Notes: generated from the letters alone by a model not told the origin. 64,000 nt of DNA from Octopus vulgaris (GCA_951406725.2 OX597821.1:37572001-37636000), one strand, 5' to 3'; positions 23,286-37,550 are shown, numbered from the stretch's first letter. Numbers and translations are program-made.

Positions 23286-24763
23286 TTGTCTATAAAGTCT
23301 TTAACTGACCAGCAGGGGCGCAAGATTTATGGACAGGAAATGATGCAAAAGGCCTTTCACCAACATTACGCTCGGTTGTTCGGGGAGAGCAGCGCGCTTG
23401 AGCGTGGGGAGCCCTTAAAGTACTTCCTAGCCGGTGGGCCGCGACTCTCAGCACGGGAAGCGGAATGCTGTGAAGGACCGATTACTCCTGCGGAGGTAAA
23501 AGAGGTGCTGGCCGAGTGCGCCGGGGACAAGGCACCGGGACTCGATGGTCTACCCTATGAGTTTTATCGTATATGCCGGACTTGTTTGGGGACCTACTGG
23601 CCAACGTGTACACAAACTGGCAACAGAATGGGTGGATTCCCAGCTCTGTGAGTCGGGGAGTGGTGACGCTGATCCAGAAGGATCCGAGCAAGGGGGATAA
23701 TATTAGTAACTATAGGCCCATAACTCTACTTGACGTAGAGCTAAAGAGTTTGGCCGGGACGTTATCCAAAAGGTTGACGCGTGTTGCGGAAAAACTTGTA
23801 GGCAGGTTGATCCAGGACAATCTTCACCTTATATGCTACACCTTAGACAGGTTGGGTAAATTAACCAGCAAAGGTGGGACAATGGTCCGTTTAGAACAAA
23901 GTAAAGCGTTTGATAGGGTAGACCACCAGTACCTGGCGGCGGTCCTCGAAGCGGCTGGGCTGGGCCTGGACTTCCGTAGGCGGATCTCCGCCTTGTATAG
24001 CGTCATCAAATCCACCGTCCAGATAAACGGCTACTTGTTGGAGCCATTTTCGATCAAGCGTTCAGTTCGTCGAAGCTGTTCCCTGTCTCCGCTTCTGTAT
24101 GTGTTGGCTCTTGAGCCATTGCTGCGGAAGTTGGACAAGTTGGGAGGCAACCCTAATGAAATCGGATGCGGTAAGTCGGTCTCCACTTATGCGGATGAAG
24201 TTACCTTCATCGTGTCCAATGAAGCGCAGCTACCTTGTGTAGAGGACGCTATTAAAGGATACGAGGCAGTGGCAGGGGCAAAAGTTAACAAGGACAAGTC
24301 CATCGGCTTGTGCCCCGGCACCTGGAGGAGCAAGTCGATATCGTCCAGTGTCGTGGGTCACTGGACAGACAGACCTGTAAAGTTGATTGGAGTTTGGTTT
24401 GGACCGGACTCCCAGACGGAGAAGAATTGGAGCGAGGTGGCAGACAAGGTGGAGGTTCTAGTCCGGACTCGGTCCGGAATGGCTCTGTCCTTGAAAGGAA
24501 GAGCGGAGGTGGTAGAGGTGTTTATTGCATCTGTCATCACCTACCGCCTGACCGTTGTCACTTGCATCGATTCGTGGCTAAACAAGTTGGAACGCCTCCT
24601 CTACCGCTTTTTGTGGAAGGGAGGAAACCCACTTGTGAGGCGCTTTGTTTGCTACCAGGAATCGCTAAAGGGAGAGCAAGATAGGGCTGGAGAGGAGAAT
24701 CCTGTCGTGAAGTGTGTTCGAGAAACGATGGAAGGCTGTGATAAGAAAGGTGGGTGCTCGTAA
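23286..24763 (+). pseudogene. Tx1/L1-clade LINE reverse transcriptase, frameshifted and internally deleted
   Basis: KAPGLDGLPYEFY, NYRPITLL, SKAFDRVDH, SLSPLLYVLALEPLL, YADE (normally YADD); frameshift near 23570. Confidence 0.92.
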
Positions 24764-25163
24764 CCCAACTTAATCGACATTGGAAGAAGAAGAAGAAGAA
24801 GAAGAAGAAGAAGAAGAAGAAGAAGAAGAAGAAGAAGAAGGGATAGCCGCTGGGCCTTTCAGGCTGCCGGGTGTATCCCCTCTTAAAAAAAATTGAGTCA
24901 ACATATATTAAGAAAGGTGGGTGCTATTAACCCTACTTAATCAGCATTGGGAGGGAAAAAAAAAGGAAAGGGGTAGCCGCTGGGCCTTTTAGGTGATTGG
25001 ACATAATCCCCTCCCCAAAAGGAGGAAAAAAAGACTATATAATATAGAATTCATCTTTTCATAAAAAAATTTAAATAGGGTTCATTTGAACTCGCATCAA
25101 CTTCGTTTGTATGTGTTGTCCTGTGCTGTACTATCTACATGATACATTATTGTCTTAAAAAAT

Positions 25164-26384
25164 TCAGTTAGCAAGCCACGCCTTTTTTTCCTGCGATACG
25201 TCGATATCGTCATTTTTGCTCGCCTATGTTATGTGTGTTTATTTCTGTCTGTTCCTTGTTTATTTGTGTTATTGTGAAAAATCTTGATTGGATTTGAACT
25301 GTTGTCTTTTGACAAACAGTAATTTTCGCCGTTCAGGGTGGAAAATTTCTGTTAATTCTCTATTTGAAAATTTATTGTGAAATATTGTGAACTGTTGTGT
25401 ATTTTTAAAAATTTTTACGGGTAATTTATTCTGAAAATTTTTGTGTCATTCGTGACAAGTTTGTGAAAATTCGTTATGGAATTTAACATCTCTTCTAAGA
25501 AGGATATTCCCGAGATGGGGAAAGGAAATCAAACTGTTAATAACGAGGATACTAGGGAGAAACAGGGTTTTTCAGCCGCGGTGGATGTTAAAGAACGACG
25601 GAGGGGAGGCTAATTGTAAGCCCGGCCGCCACACCTAGAAAAAGGCCAGCGACCACATCAAGTAACGAGAAGGATGGAGAGGAAGGCGGATTTGTGCAGC
25701 CTCTCTCCAAACCCAAACTGTAAGTACGCCTTTTCAAAATTTTTGTACCATGTTGATTAACTTAGGGTGCATGAATGTGCATGGTCTGGGGTCGAAATGG
25801 AAACAAGCTTGTTTCTTGCACGACCTCAGGTCACATGATACGAGGCGGTAGCAGGGGCAAAAGTTAACAAGGACAAGTCCATCAGCTTGCGCCTCGGCTG
25901 AATCTATTATAAAGATTGTACCGCCAATGTATGTTTTCTCTGTACAGTTAGTTGCTGCATTGAAAGAATATGTTTGGAAGACTAAAATACAAGGATTCGT
26001 GACGGGATCCTTTATCTCTGGCCCTGGTTTTCTACTTTACCTCAGATACCATCTGAAGAACAAGATAGGGCTGGAGAGGAGAATCCTGTCACAAAGTGTG
26101 TTCGAGGAAAGATTGGAAGGCTGTGTTAAGAAAGGTGGGTGCTATTAACCCTACTTAATCAGCATTGGGAGGGGAAAAGAAAAGGAAAGGGGTAGCCGCT
26201 GGGCCTTTTAGGTTACCGGGCATGATCCCCTCCCCAAAAGGAGGAAAAAAGACTATATAATATAGAATTCGTCTTTTCACTAAAATTTTTAAATAGGGTT
26301 CATTTGAACTCGCATCAACTTCGTTTGTATGTGTTGTCCTGTGCTGTACTATCTATGTGTGACATTATTGTCTTAATAAAAAAT
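25164..26384 (+). mobile_element. Internally deleted Tx1-type copy 2
   Basis: Leader shared with 26385 onward; APE start MLINLGCMNVHGLGSKWK near 25751; piece of 24260-24320 repeated at about 25840; same 3' UTR as copy 1. Confidence 0.8.
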
Positions 26385-27659
26385 TCAGTTAGCAAGCCAC
26401 GCCTTTTTCTTCTGCGATACGTCGATATCGACATTTTTGCTAGCCTATGTTATGTGTGTTTATTTCTGTCTGTTCCTTGTTTATTTGTGTTATTGTGAAA
26501 AATCTTGATTGGATTTGAACTGTTGTCTTTTGATAAACAGTAATTTTCGCCCTTCAGGGTGGAAAATTTCTGTTAATTCTCTATTTGAAAATTTATTGTG
26601 AAAAATTGTGAACTGTTGTTTTTTTCTTTTTACTCTCTTCGCTTAATTTATTCTGAAAATTTTTGCGTCATTCGTTATGGAATTTAATATGAACTCAGGT
26701 CACATGTTATAGATGTATGCATAGTAACTGAGTCCAAGATGAGTGGACCACAAGCGTTCTCGCCTATCTTGAATGGCTGTGAGAAATTTATTTCTCCTAG
26801 CCGACAAGGAGGTGGGTGGGCGTGGCGGTCTTATTCAGGAAGAACTTGGACGTACAGGTAAGTACAGTCTTTCTAGACCCAGAAGGTAGGCTGGTTGTCC
26901 TGGATGTGACACATGTGAGTAAACAGTCCTTCAGGCTGGTAGCTGTCTACACTACTAAGGAGGGTAGACAGTCTGGTTTTTATCGAGACCTGGAGCACTG
27001 TCTCGTGACGTCATCAACGATAGTTCTGTTAGGCGACTTTAAATCTATCTTCGATGCACGGGTGGATAGTCTTGGCTCGACTGATAGAAAGGGAAACCCT
27101 GGCCTCAAGGGTTTCCTAGAGAGCTTTAATCTAGTAGACCATTACAGACTGGATGTGCCGTTCGTTCCACAGTGGACGTGGAGTAATAACGACGGCTCAC
27201 GCAGATCTTACATGGATGGGGTATTCGTTAGAGATAGAGATAGGGATACTTTTAGTTGTCCACAATTTTGTATTGTACCTTACACAGATCACAAATTTGT
27301 AATGTGTGAGGTACATATAGATAAATGTCATAGACAGGGACCCGGGTACTGGAAGATGAAGCGAATGCCGTCGCGAAGTGTGTTTGAGGAAAGATGGAAG
27401 TCTGTATTAAGAAATGTGGGTGCTAGTAATCCTCCTTAATCTGCATTGGGAGAAAAAATAGGAAAGGGGTATCTGCTGGGCCTTTTAAATAACCGGGCAT
27501 AATCTCCTCCCCAGAAAGGAAAATAAAAACGACTATAATATAAAATTCATCTTTTCATTAAAATTTTTAAATAAGGTTCATTCGAACTCACATTAACTTT
27601 ATTTGTATGTATTGTCCTGTGCTATATCATCTATATGTGACATTATTGTCTTACAAAAT
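26385..27659 (+). mobile_element. Internally deleted Tx1-type copy 3 with APE endonuclease domain
   Basis: ORF 26816-27439: GVAVLF, DPEGR, LLGDF, WTWSN, TDHK, GPGYWKM, then a jump to the C-terminus and 3' UTR. Confidence 0.88.
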
Positions 27660-27680
27660 TCAGCTAGCAAGCCATGCTAC

Positions 27681-27723
27681 TCCAGACTGATGATGAGCAA
27701 TGGCTCTGAAACTAGTCTGTGGA
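27681..27723 (+). ncRNA. Minimal type-I hammerhead motif, canonical core
   Basis: tccaga-CTGATGA-t-gagc-aatg-gctc-t-GAAAC-ta-GTC-tgtgga. Confidence 0.7.
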
Positions 27724-27929
27724 TTTGGGCTTTGCTGGGTGGAGGTGCTTATCTCCCCCTTTGAAAACATAAGAACACAGAAAATGTGTCATGGTCAACT
27801 GGAAACTGTGTTTCCTGGTGCTAAATATCAGTAGCATTCTTCCCTTTCATGGGACTGTAACATTAAGTTGACAACATACCATCACTTTATCGTGCTGCTA
27901 CTGCGTAAATCTCTCTGAGAGATTTAGAA

Positions 27930-27992
<63 letters not shown>

Positions 27993-28250
27993 AATATTTT
28001 GGATTAATGGGTATATGTCGATCGTGTGTTGAAGTCTTGATTAGAGCACTGGCACAGTTTGGGCTACCTGATGCCATCCGCAGGTGGAGGGGTATATTTC
28101 CGTTGGATCTACTTCAGGAACTCCGCAACTCGAGTTGTAGTGTTTTAGGGTAACGTTTAGCGAATGAACCATAATATAATTGCACTTTGGAAATAAACAA
28201 TGGAATTCTCTTTTCTTTTATGATAATCTTAATATGTATTTTATGATAAG

Positions 28251-28702
28251 ACTAGCAGTATCGCCCGGCGTTGCTCGGGTTTGTAAGGGAAATAACTATA
28301 TAAGCATTTTTAGAGAGTTATAGCCAAAAAATTGCAAAAAAATGGGGAAAAAATGGAAAAAAAATGATGGTAAATTTTTTTAAAAATCGTTGACTCATCG
28401 TAGACATTTTTAGAGAGTTACTTCCCTTATATAATAGCGAAAAATGCATTAAAACTTTAAAAAAATGATGGTAATTTTTTTTTAAAATCGTAGACTCATC
28501 GTAGACGCGCGCTAATACCCAGGAGGGCTCGATATGAATCACGACCATAAGATACCCGGTTTTGGTTAAACTGCACTGCAAAATGTGGGAGTAGTTAGGA
28601 ATCTAAATCGTAGGAGACAGACACACAACTTGACTTTTATATATCTACTAGCAGTATCGCCCGGCGTTGCTCGGGCGATACTGCTAGTAAAGATATATAA
28701 AA
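28251..28702 (+). mobile_element. Helentron-associated (HINE/DINE-like) non-autonomous element with fold-back end
   Basis: Starts ACTAGCAGTATCGCCCGGCGTTGCTCGGG (subterminal hairpin), internal direct repeats, ends ttttatatat; the 5' end recurs at 28647. Confidence 0.6.
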
Positions 28703-29192
28703 AAATGAATGTACGTCTGTATACTCTTTGGCATGTAGGTAACTGGACATTCGTTTACACGAAGGTCATACACTACGTGACTGACACCCCACCTCCACAA
28801 AAGAACAAAAACATTACAGTTAAATATTTGAAAATGTAAGTGATTAGAATATTAATTCATTTAGAGTATGTTAATTTGTACAATATTCTTATAAACTAAA
28901 TAAATAATCAATAAATAAAAGGCGTCCTCCCGGGAAAAAAATTTAAGAGTAAATATTTGATGTTAGCTTCTGTGTTGGAATGTTTTTTTCACCCGTATTT
29001 CAAAGCCTGAGCCATTTTCCGAATTACTTGGATGCCAACATTCTCTAGCGACTTAAAATTTGGCGACAACTTTTTTGAAGGAAGTTATTCAAACTACAGC
29101 TGGTTCAAGTGATTGTTTTCGTTTGGGTATTTATAGATCCGGTCAGGCGAGAGTGCCACAGCTATACCTGCACATATATAATAGCTAGCTAG

Positions 29193-29264
<72 letters not shown>

Positions 29265-29319
29265 ATGTCTGTATGTCTGTCTGTCTGTCTGTCTGGTGGC
29301 TGAACGAACGAAAGCAATC

Positions 29320-29960
29320 AACATAAGTAGCTAGAGGGTAGGTATTTAACAAGTTGACCCAGTGCACGTGATTCAAAGTTTTGTAGGTACAGATGAGCGC
29401 CTACATCTTTAGATGTACGGAGACAGAGTACGGAGAATTTCGAGATGGATTCTGGGAGGGAATATCTGGGGCCGCCATTGGTCAGTTCAGTAGAACATTG
29501 GATAGAATCTGGGTGGGTTGCGTGTTTGTTTTTGTTATTACATGCAATGTGGAAGCTCTGTTCTCTCAGCACGAGTCGTTAAGTTAAACATTATGTGCAT
29601 TAAAGCATTTATAATAGTTATGGGTTCTTAGGAAACTCTGCCTAGATAGAGACACGAGGCTTCTAGACACATCAGGGGATTCATCAAGATTGAACAGAAG
29701 ATTATTTTTCTCTAAGTGTAGATAGGTTCTCCTTTTACGCTAATTTATTGGTAAATTAAGACGTTGTTGTAAGAAGGCATAACTCTGTTGAAGATCTATC
29801 ATTGCGTTAATATACTGGCGATTCTTCTGCTGATACCTGTGGCTAGGTTTCTAATAACAGCTGGGGGTTTGTTGAAGTTCCTGTGGAAGCAAGCAGTATC
29901 CGAGTTCGGTTTTCTGCAAGAATACTAATTGCTTGCGTGTGAGATTTTGAGTAAAATCCA
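29320..29960 (-). pseudogene. Decayed Penelope-like RT remnant
   Basis: Minus: TELCLLTT (cf. ELCL..TYF) and AHLYLQNFESRAL (cf. ANLYMEHFE..AL). Confidence 0.45.
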
Positions 29961-30561
29961 GTAAATTAGACCGAAATTTTCGAAGATGTTTATAAAGTAC
30001 ATCCCGAATTCATGCATGAGATGGCCGTTCCTTAAAGTTACCATGCCATCGTCTGTTTACAAAACTGTGTCCAGAACAAATATCTCGACAAAATCAGAGA
30101 CCGCGACCACGTCGTAATTCTTCATGGATGCATCGAACAATGACCCTCTCTTCTTCGGAATCACTGAAAAACAGGGGTGACCTCCAAAACGTTCAGGATG
30201 CTACTCATGATGTTGTTATTGTTGTTGCTGTTTTAAGTGCATTACTACAAGAGTTACTCTGGGATCCTGAATTAAATGCCGATGCACTTTTGAAATTGGA
30301 ATAGAAGTTATGAATAATAATGAATATAAAAGACAGAGGAAAAAAAATGAAGTTATTGATTGAAGGTTGGGGTGTGTGTGATTTAGATGGCAGTAAGAGA
30401 TAGGATGGTGTGAGGAGAGAGTTTGAAAGAGAGACGGTGTTAGGTAGCCGAGGATAACTAGAGAGAGAGAGAGAGAGGGGGAAAGAAGGAAGGAGAGAGG
30501 GGAAGAGAAGGAGGGAGAGAGTATGAACTTATTGTAGAGAAGATGAGAAAAGTTTGAATGA

Positions 30562-30632
<71 letters not shown>

Positions 30633-30935
30633 CTCTCTCTCTCTTTCTCCCTCTCACGCCCGCGCGCACTTATATACGGCTTTGTATACACGTACACGCA
30701 TGTCTGTGTGTATTAGTGCATTGGAACGAAACTCTTGGTTCCTGAGTGACTCACTCACATGTATCATTCATGCGTTCATTCACACACACATACGTACACA
30801 CATACACACACACATACGTACACACATACACCCACATATACATCCACACATACACATACACACGCACACACATACATAATGTGTACGTGAGTATTAAATA
30901 TAGTTTCATATATATGTGTATGCGTGCGTGTGCGC

Positions 30936-30990
<55 letters not shown>

Positions 30991-31159
30991 CAGGTCGTAT
31001 ATGCGTGTACATGTATGTGTCATTATATGCTGTCTGCGATAAATTTGAAGAAGGAAACACTGTGTTAGGAGAGAAAGAAGGAAAAATAGCAGAACAGAAA
31101 AATGAGTTGATACTGGGAGTGGGGTGGGGGTAGAGAGAATGAGGTGTTAGAGAGAGAGA

Positions 31160-31198
<39 letters not shown>

Positions 31199-31399
31199 GA
31201 AAAACTGGAAGTGTGGTTGATGGTGGCTGTGGGGGGGGGGGTAGGGGTAGAGGTAGGGAAGAGGAATTGTGAGAAAAACTAATGACGTTCAGAGATGGAA
31301 TAAGAAGAATGTATTCGTTTTACATTTGTCTCGAAAAATATAAGTAGGGTTGTTAAGACAAATCAAATAGGAAAAACTAAGAAGAAGATGATGATGATG

Positions 31400-31439
<40 letters not shown>

Positions 31440-31742
31440 TAATAATGATAATAATAATAATAAATGTAAATTAAAAAAAAAAAAAGAAATGAAGTTATTG
31501 ATATGAACCAGAGGGTAATTTAGATTGTAGGAAGAGATAAAATGATGAGAAAGATGGAAAAGAACAGAAAAAAGCGCGAGGTGTATGGATGGTGAAGAAT
31601 AATATAAATGTGAGAGTAAAGGAGCTATAAACAGTGTGGGGTTAATAGAGAGAAAAGTGAATCTAGGGAGAGGAATTTAGAAGCACGAACACACATACGC
31701 ATACTTAGATAAGAACACACGCAAGTAAGGACACACACACAC

Positions 31743-32333
<591 letters not shown>

Positions 32334-33028
32334 GTATCTATTTATGTCACACGTAGAGTGCAACAAGCTTGTGCGAAATAACCTCTCTCTCTCTGTTGTG
32401 TCTGCTTGTCTCTTTTGACTTTCTCTCTCTCTCTCTCTCTCTACTTGTCTCTTCCTCTTTCGCTCTCTCTGTTCCTCTCTCTTCAAGCGAACAAGTGAGC
32501 GTCGGAGCGATCTTTCATCTTTTGCTAGAAATAGTATCTAACCCTCCCTAAACGCACACCCTACCATCTGGAAAAGTGGAAGGGCACATTGCATAAAATT
32601 GTTGTGGGTAATTGTAAAAAGTCGAAATGGTCACGGCTGAAGAGGTTTGTTTAACCAGCGTTGAACAGTGGCTGAACAAGAACGACAACAACAACAACAA
32701 ATAAAAAAGTTCCCATCTCTCCTTGTGTGTTTTTATGCACATACCATATACCCACAAATACACACGCATACATAAAATGAATGGCTAAAGTGTGCGGGTG
32801 TGGGGGGTGGTGAAAGAGTTGAAGCGACAAGGAAAGAATGGAAGGAGAGATAGATTGACATTGGTGAGATGGGAAAGGAGGAAGAGGAGGAGGAGGTGGA
32901 GGAGACTGGTTACAAGGTAAGTAAAGATTAGGATGAGATGAGAGAGAGAAAGCGAGGAGGAGGAGGAGGATGGAAGGAAAAAGTGGTTATTGAGCGGGAA
33001 AACAAAGTCTAAATGTTTGACGTAACGT

Positions 33029-33094
<66 letters not shown>

Positions 33095-33097
<3 letters not shown>

Positions 33098-33326
33098 CTT
33101 TACTACCCACAAGGGGCTAAACATAGAGGGGACAAACAAGGACAGCGAAACGGATTAAGTCGATTATATCGACCCTAGTGCGTAACTGGTACTTAATTTA
33201 TCGACCCCGAAAGGATGAAAGGCAAAGTCGACCTCGGCGGAATTTGAACTCAGAACGTAACGGCAGACGTAATACGGCTATGCATTTCGCCCGGTGTGCT
33301 AACGTTTCTGCCAGCTCACTGCCTTC
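33095..33326 (-). mobile_element. Full-length family A SINE inside (TA)n
   Basis: Complete head, core and tail; (TA)n on both flanks. Confidence 0.92.
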
Positions 33327-33341
33327 ATATATATATACAGG

Positions 33342-33411
<70 letters not shown>

Positions 33412-33412
33412 G

Positions 33413-33455
<43 letters not shown>

Positions 33456-33648
33456 GATAGATAGATAGAGAAAGGGGTTTATTCCTTAGGTACAGCTAGA
33501 ATGAGATTGTGTCTAGCAGTATTCACACACACGCGTGCGTCACTCCAAGCATAAGTGTACACATGCTTTGTAGGGGCCTCAGGTACACATATGCACTTGA
33601 GGTGACATATATAAATGGGTACCTGATGTTCACATATGCTCTCCTGTG

Positions 33649-33716
<68 letters not shown>

Positions 33717-34039
33717 CTCTCTCTCTCTCTCACACACATGCATCCATACACACACTCACACACACACGCACAGACACACACTTATTCAATATTTGAGAAA
33801 TTAAAAAAAATGACAAAATCTAATTAATAGTAAATATTATTCTCCGAAAGACATTCTACAGTCACAACAAAAATGGTAAAAGTGGGAAAATGAAAGATTT
33901 GCTTTTAAAAATGAAATGATAAATAAAAGATGAATAAAATTTTTCTCTATAGATACTCTAGATAATTATTATAGTTTGGATGTCCATGAATATAAGTGTA
34001 CTCTAAGTGTACTCTATAAGTGTATTCTATAAGTGTATT

Positions 34040-35240
34040 CTATATGTGTTGGTGGCATGAGATAGAAGAGGAAAAGAGTCGTTCGTTCAAATCTCGTGAA
34101 GATGTTGAATAATGTGGTGTTGTTTGTGTCTCTTGGAGTGTGATGGCCCGTGTTGGACGGAAATGCCGAATGAGGGCTAATGAAATGTATTGAGAAAGAT
34201 GGATAAACTGGTTGTTCAGAGTTCGTTGGATAACGTTGCGATCGTGTTTGCGGGAGTGATTCTCTTGGTGACGACCTCGTTCACCGAGGCAGAGGGGTCT
34301 GTGGGGGTTTAAATGCAATAGAGTACATAGAATGTGCAGCTGAAGTTTTGGATAACGAAGTTGAAGGATTGGGGTTTGGTCCCTCTTAATGCTGTACAGG
34401 GAGGTGTGATATATGCAGGCAGCGCATTTGTTGGGCATCGATGGGAGATAGTGAGTAAATGGTTATAGGAATTGTCATCTTTGTTGCAGGAGAAGACAGG
34501 TGGTATGGCGGCTATGAAGTGAGAGTAGAAATTAGAATTTTCAGAGGAGTTTCTTTTTAAATGGTAGGATGCTTGAATAAAAAGGTGAAGGAGAGAGGTT
34601 TCTAGGCTGTAGGTGTGAGAGTAGAAATTAGAATTTTCAGAGGAGTTTCTTTTTAAATGGTAGGATGCTTGAATGAAAAGGTGAAGGAGAGAGGTTTCTA
34701 GACTGTAGGTGTGAGAGTAGAGGACATAAAAGGGTAGAAGACCAGTATTTCGTTGATGGGGGTTCCACTGGAGTGTGAATAAAATACGTATCAAATCTTT
34801 ACAGGATTTAAGAAGCAGCGTGACGTTTTTTCAAATCTGGAATTGAAATTGGTATGACTGAAATGAGAAAAGAAATAACTGTGAAAGAAATGGCAATCAG
34901 TGGGATTATAGTGGAAGGAAATGAGAAAATAGAAGTTGATGATTGTGAGAAAGATATCTTGGGAAGTGAGAGAGATGTCAGATACGGTAGAAGAGTCTGG
35001 CACGAGTTGGGGCAGAAGATGATGCAATGTAACTACTGTTTGGGGAGAGTAGTGACAGCACTGATGGTAGTCGTTAATTTAGGGCGTGTTATCTGTGAAA
35101 TGGCAAAAATGTCTCAGTTTCACCTACAGAAACGCTTGGGTAGCTTTGGATCAAAGTTGTACCCATTGTATCCCGTTAAATTGTTTCTAAAATTCACCAG
35201 AACCATGGACGGAATTGAGTGACAGACTCAGTTTGGTGAC
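34040..35240 (-). pseudogene. Penelope-like remnant (GIY-YIG region) with a 96-bp in-frame tandem duplication
   Basis: HRCPTNALPAYI...QNFSCTFYVLYCI (cf. F.C.S.NVIYCI); duplication at 34521 and 34617. Confidence 0.55.
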
Positions 35241-35243
35241 AGG

Positions 35244-36748
35244 GAAGATGCTAATGATGCTGAGTACAGGCAGTGAAGGGGAAGATGCTAATGATGCTGA
35301 GTACGGGCAGTGAAGGGGAAGATGCTAATGATGCTGAGTACGGGCAGTGAAGGCGAAGATGCTAATGATGCTGAGTACGGGCAGTGAAGGTGAAGACGCT
35401 AATGATGCTGAGTACGGGCAGTGATGGGGAAGATGCTAATGATGCTGAGTACGGGCAGTGAAAGGGAAGACGCTAATGATGCTGAGTATGGGCAGTGAAG
35501 GGGAAGATGCTAATGATGCTGAGTACGGGCAGTGAAGGGGAAGATGCTAATGATGCTGAGTACGGGCAGTGAAGAGGAAGATAATAATGATGCTGAGTAC
35601 GGGCAGTGAAGGGGAAGATGCTAATGATGCTGAGTACGGGCAGTGAGGGGGAAGATGCTAATGATGCTGAGTACGGGCAGTGATGGGGAAGACGCTAATG
35701 ATGCTGAGTACGGGCAGTGATGGGGAAGACGCTAATGATGCTGAGTACGGGCAGTGAAGGGGAAGATGCTAATGATGCTGAGTACGGGCAGTGATGGGGA
35801 AGATGCTAATGAATCTGAGTAAGGGCAGTGAAGGGGAAGACGCTAATGATGCTGAGTACGGGCAGTGAGGGGGAAGATGCTAATGATGCTGAGTACGGGC
35901 AGTGAAGGGGAAGATGCTAATGATGCTGAGTATGGGCAGTGAAGGGGAAGATGCTAATGATGCTGAGTACGGGCAGTGAAGGGGAAGATGCTAATGATGC
36001 TGAGTACGGGCAGTGAAGGGGAAGATGCTAATGATGCTGAGTACGGGCAGTGAAGAGGAAGATAATAATGATGCTGAGTACGGGCAGTGAAGGGGAAGAT
36101 GCTAATGATGCTGAGTACGGGCAGTGATGGGGAAGATGCTAATGATGCTGAGTACGGGCAGTGATGGGGAAGACGCTAATGATGCTGAGTACGGGCAGTG
36201 ATGGGGAAGACGCTAATGATGCTGAGTACGGGCAGTGAGTGGGAAGATGCTAATGATGCTGAGTACGGGCAGTGAAGGGGAAGATGCTAATGATGCTGAG
36301 TACGGGCAGTGAAGGGGAAGATGCTAATGATGCTGAGTACGGGCAGTGAAAGGGAAGATGCTAATGATGCTGAGTACGGGCAGTGAAGGGGAAGACGCTA
36401 ATGATGCTGAGTACAGGCAGTGAAGGGGAAGATGCTAATGATGCTGAGTACGGGCAGTGAAGGGGAAGATGCTAATGATGCTGAGTACGGGCAGTGAAGG
36501 GGAAGACGCTAATGATGCTGAGTACGGGCAGTGAAGGGGAAGATGCTAATGATGCTGAGTACGGACAGTGAAGAGAAAGACGCTAATGATGCTGAGTACG
36601 GGCAGTGAAGGGGAAGATGCTAATGATGCTGAGTACGGACAGTGAAGGGAAAGACGCTAATGATGCTGAGTACGGGCAGTGAAGGAGAAGACGCTAATGA
36701 TGCTGAGTACGGGCAGTGAAGGCGAAGGTGTAACTGACGCTGAGTACG
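35244..36748. repeat. 37-bp minisatellite, 40 full units plus 1 diverged unit
   Basis: Unit GAAGATGCTAATGATGCTGAGTACGGGCAGTGAAGGG; unit 40 starts at 36687 = 35244 + 39 x 37. Confidence 0.97.
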
Positions 36749-37382
36749 AAATACGTCACATAAATACTTCCTAACGATGCTATGTCAACATAAATACAAC
36801 GTGTTCAATGAATTATATATTTCATAATTATAGTTTGAATATTTTTTTTATCAAAACACCAGATGTATTATGTCATTTCATAAACAAATAATTTCAAATA
36901 CATTTAAACTGAGGCAAATTCTATAGGTTTCTTTCCATTTAACAAAGTTATAGATCTAATTTTTTTGAGTTAGTTTGGTAAATTTCTCCTCTTTCTGCTA
37001 GCTTCACTTTCAGGGAGGGTTCTACCAGTAAATTTCACCTTCAAAGTGAGACGGGTCTAATAATACATGGATATTCGTGAAAAAATAAAAAAGAAAAAAA
37101 GGTAAAAAAAACCCCACCATGTGAAAATAATAGGAGAGTGTTTTTTTTTGTCTTTTGTACTGATCTTTTGTGCCTACGTAACTTCTTAGATGGCTTAAGC
37201 TGGTCTCTTAAAATTATTGGTTCTTGAAGTCATCTTGTAAATTTTGAGAGTTACAGAATACCTACATATTTTTTTTTTTGAAGTAGAATCTTTTCAACCG
37301 ATTTAGTCTGTTGCCACCTTTTATCATATTTTTGACAAAAAAATGAAAATTACTAACTTGTAAGAAATTTGTAGCAGATTTA

Positions 37383-37550
37383 AGGTGGCGTGTAGGTAGA
37401 ATCGTTTGCACACCGGACAACATGCTATGCGGCATTTCGTCCGTCCTTACGTACTGAATTCAAATCCCGCCGAGGTTGACTTTGCCTTTCATCATTTAGA
37501 ACGTATCCCCTCCCCTAAAATTGCTGGCTTTGTGCCAACATCTGAAACCA
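37383..37550 (+). mobile_element. Degenerate family A SINE
   Basis: aaggtggcg..gaattcaaatcccgccgaggttgactttgcctttcatc. Confidence 0.7.

Noticed and set aside
35244-36748. CRISPR array or C/D-box array
   Set aside because: No spacers and no cas genes; ATGATGC is not a full box C and overlaps the CTGA
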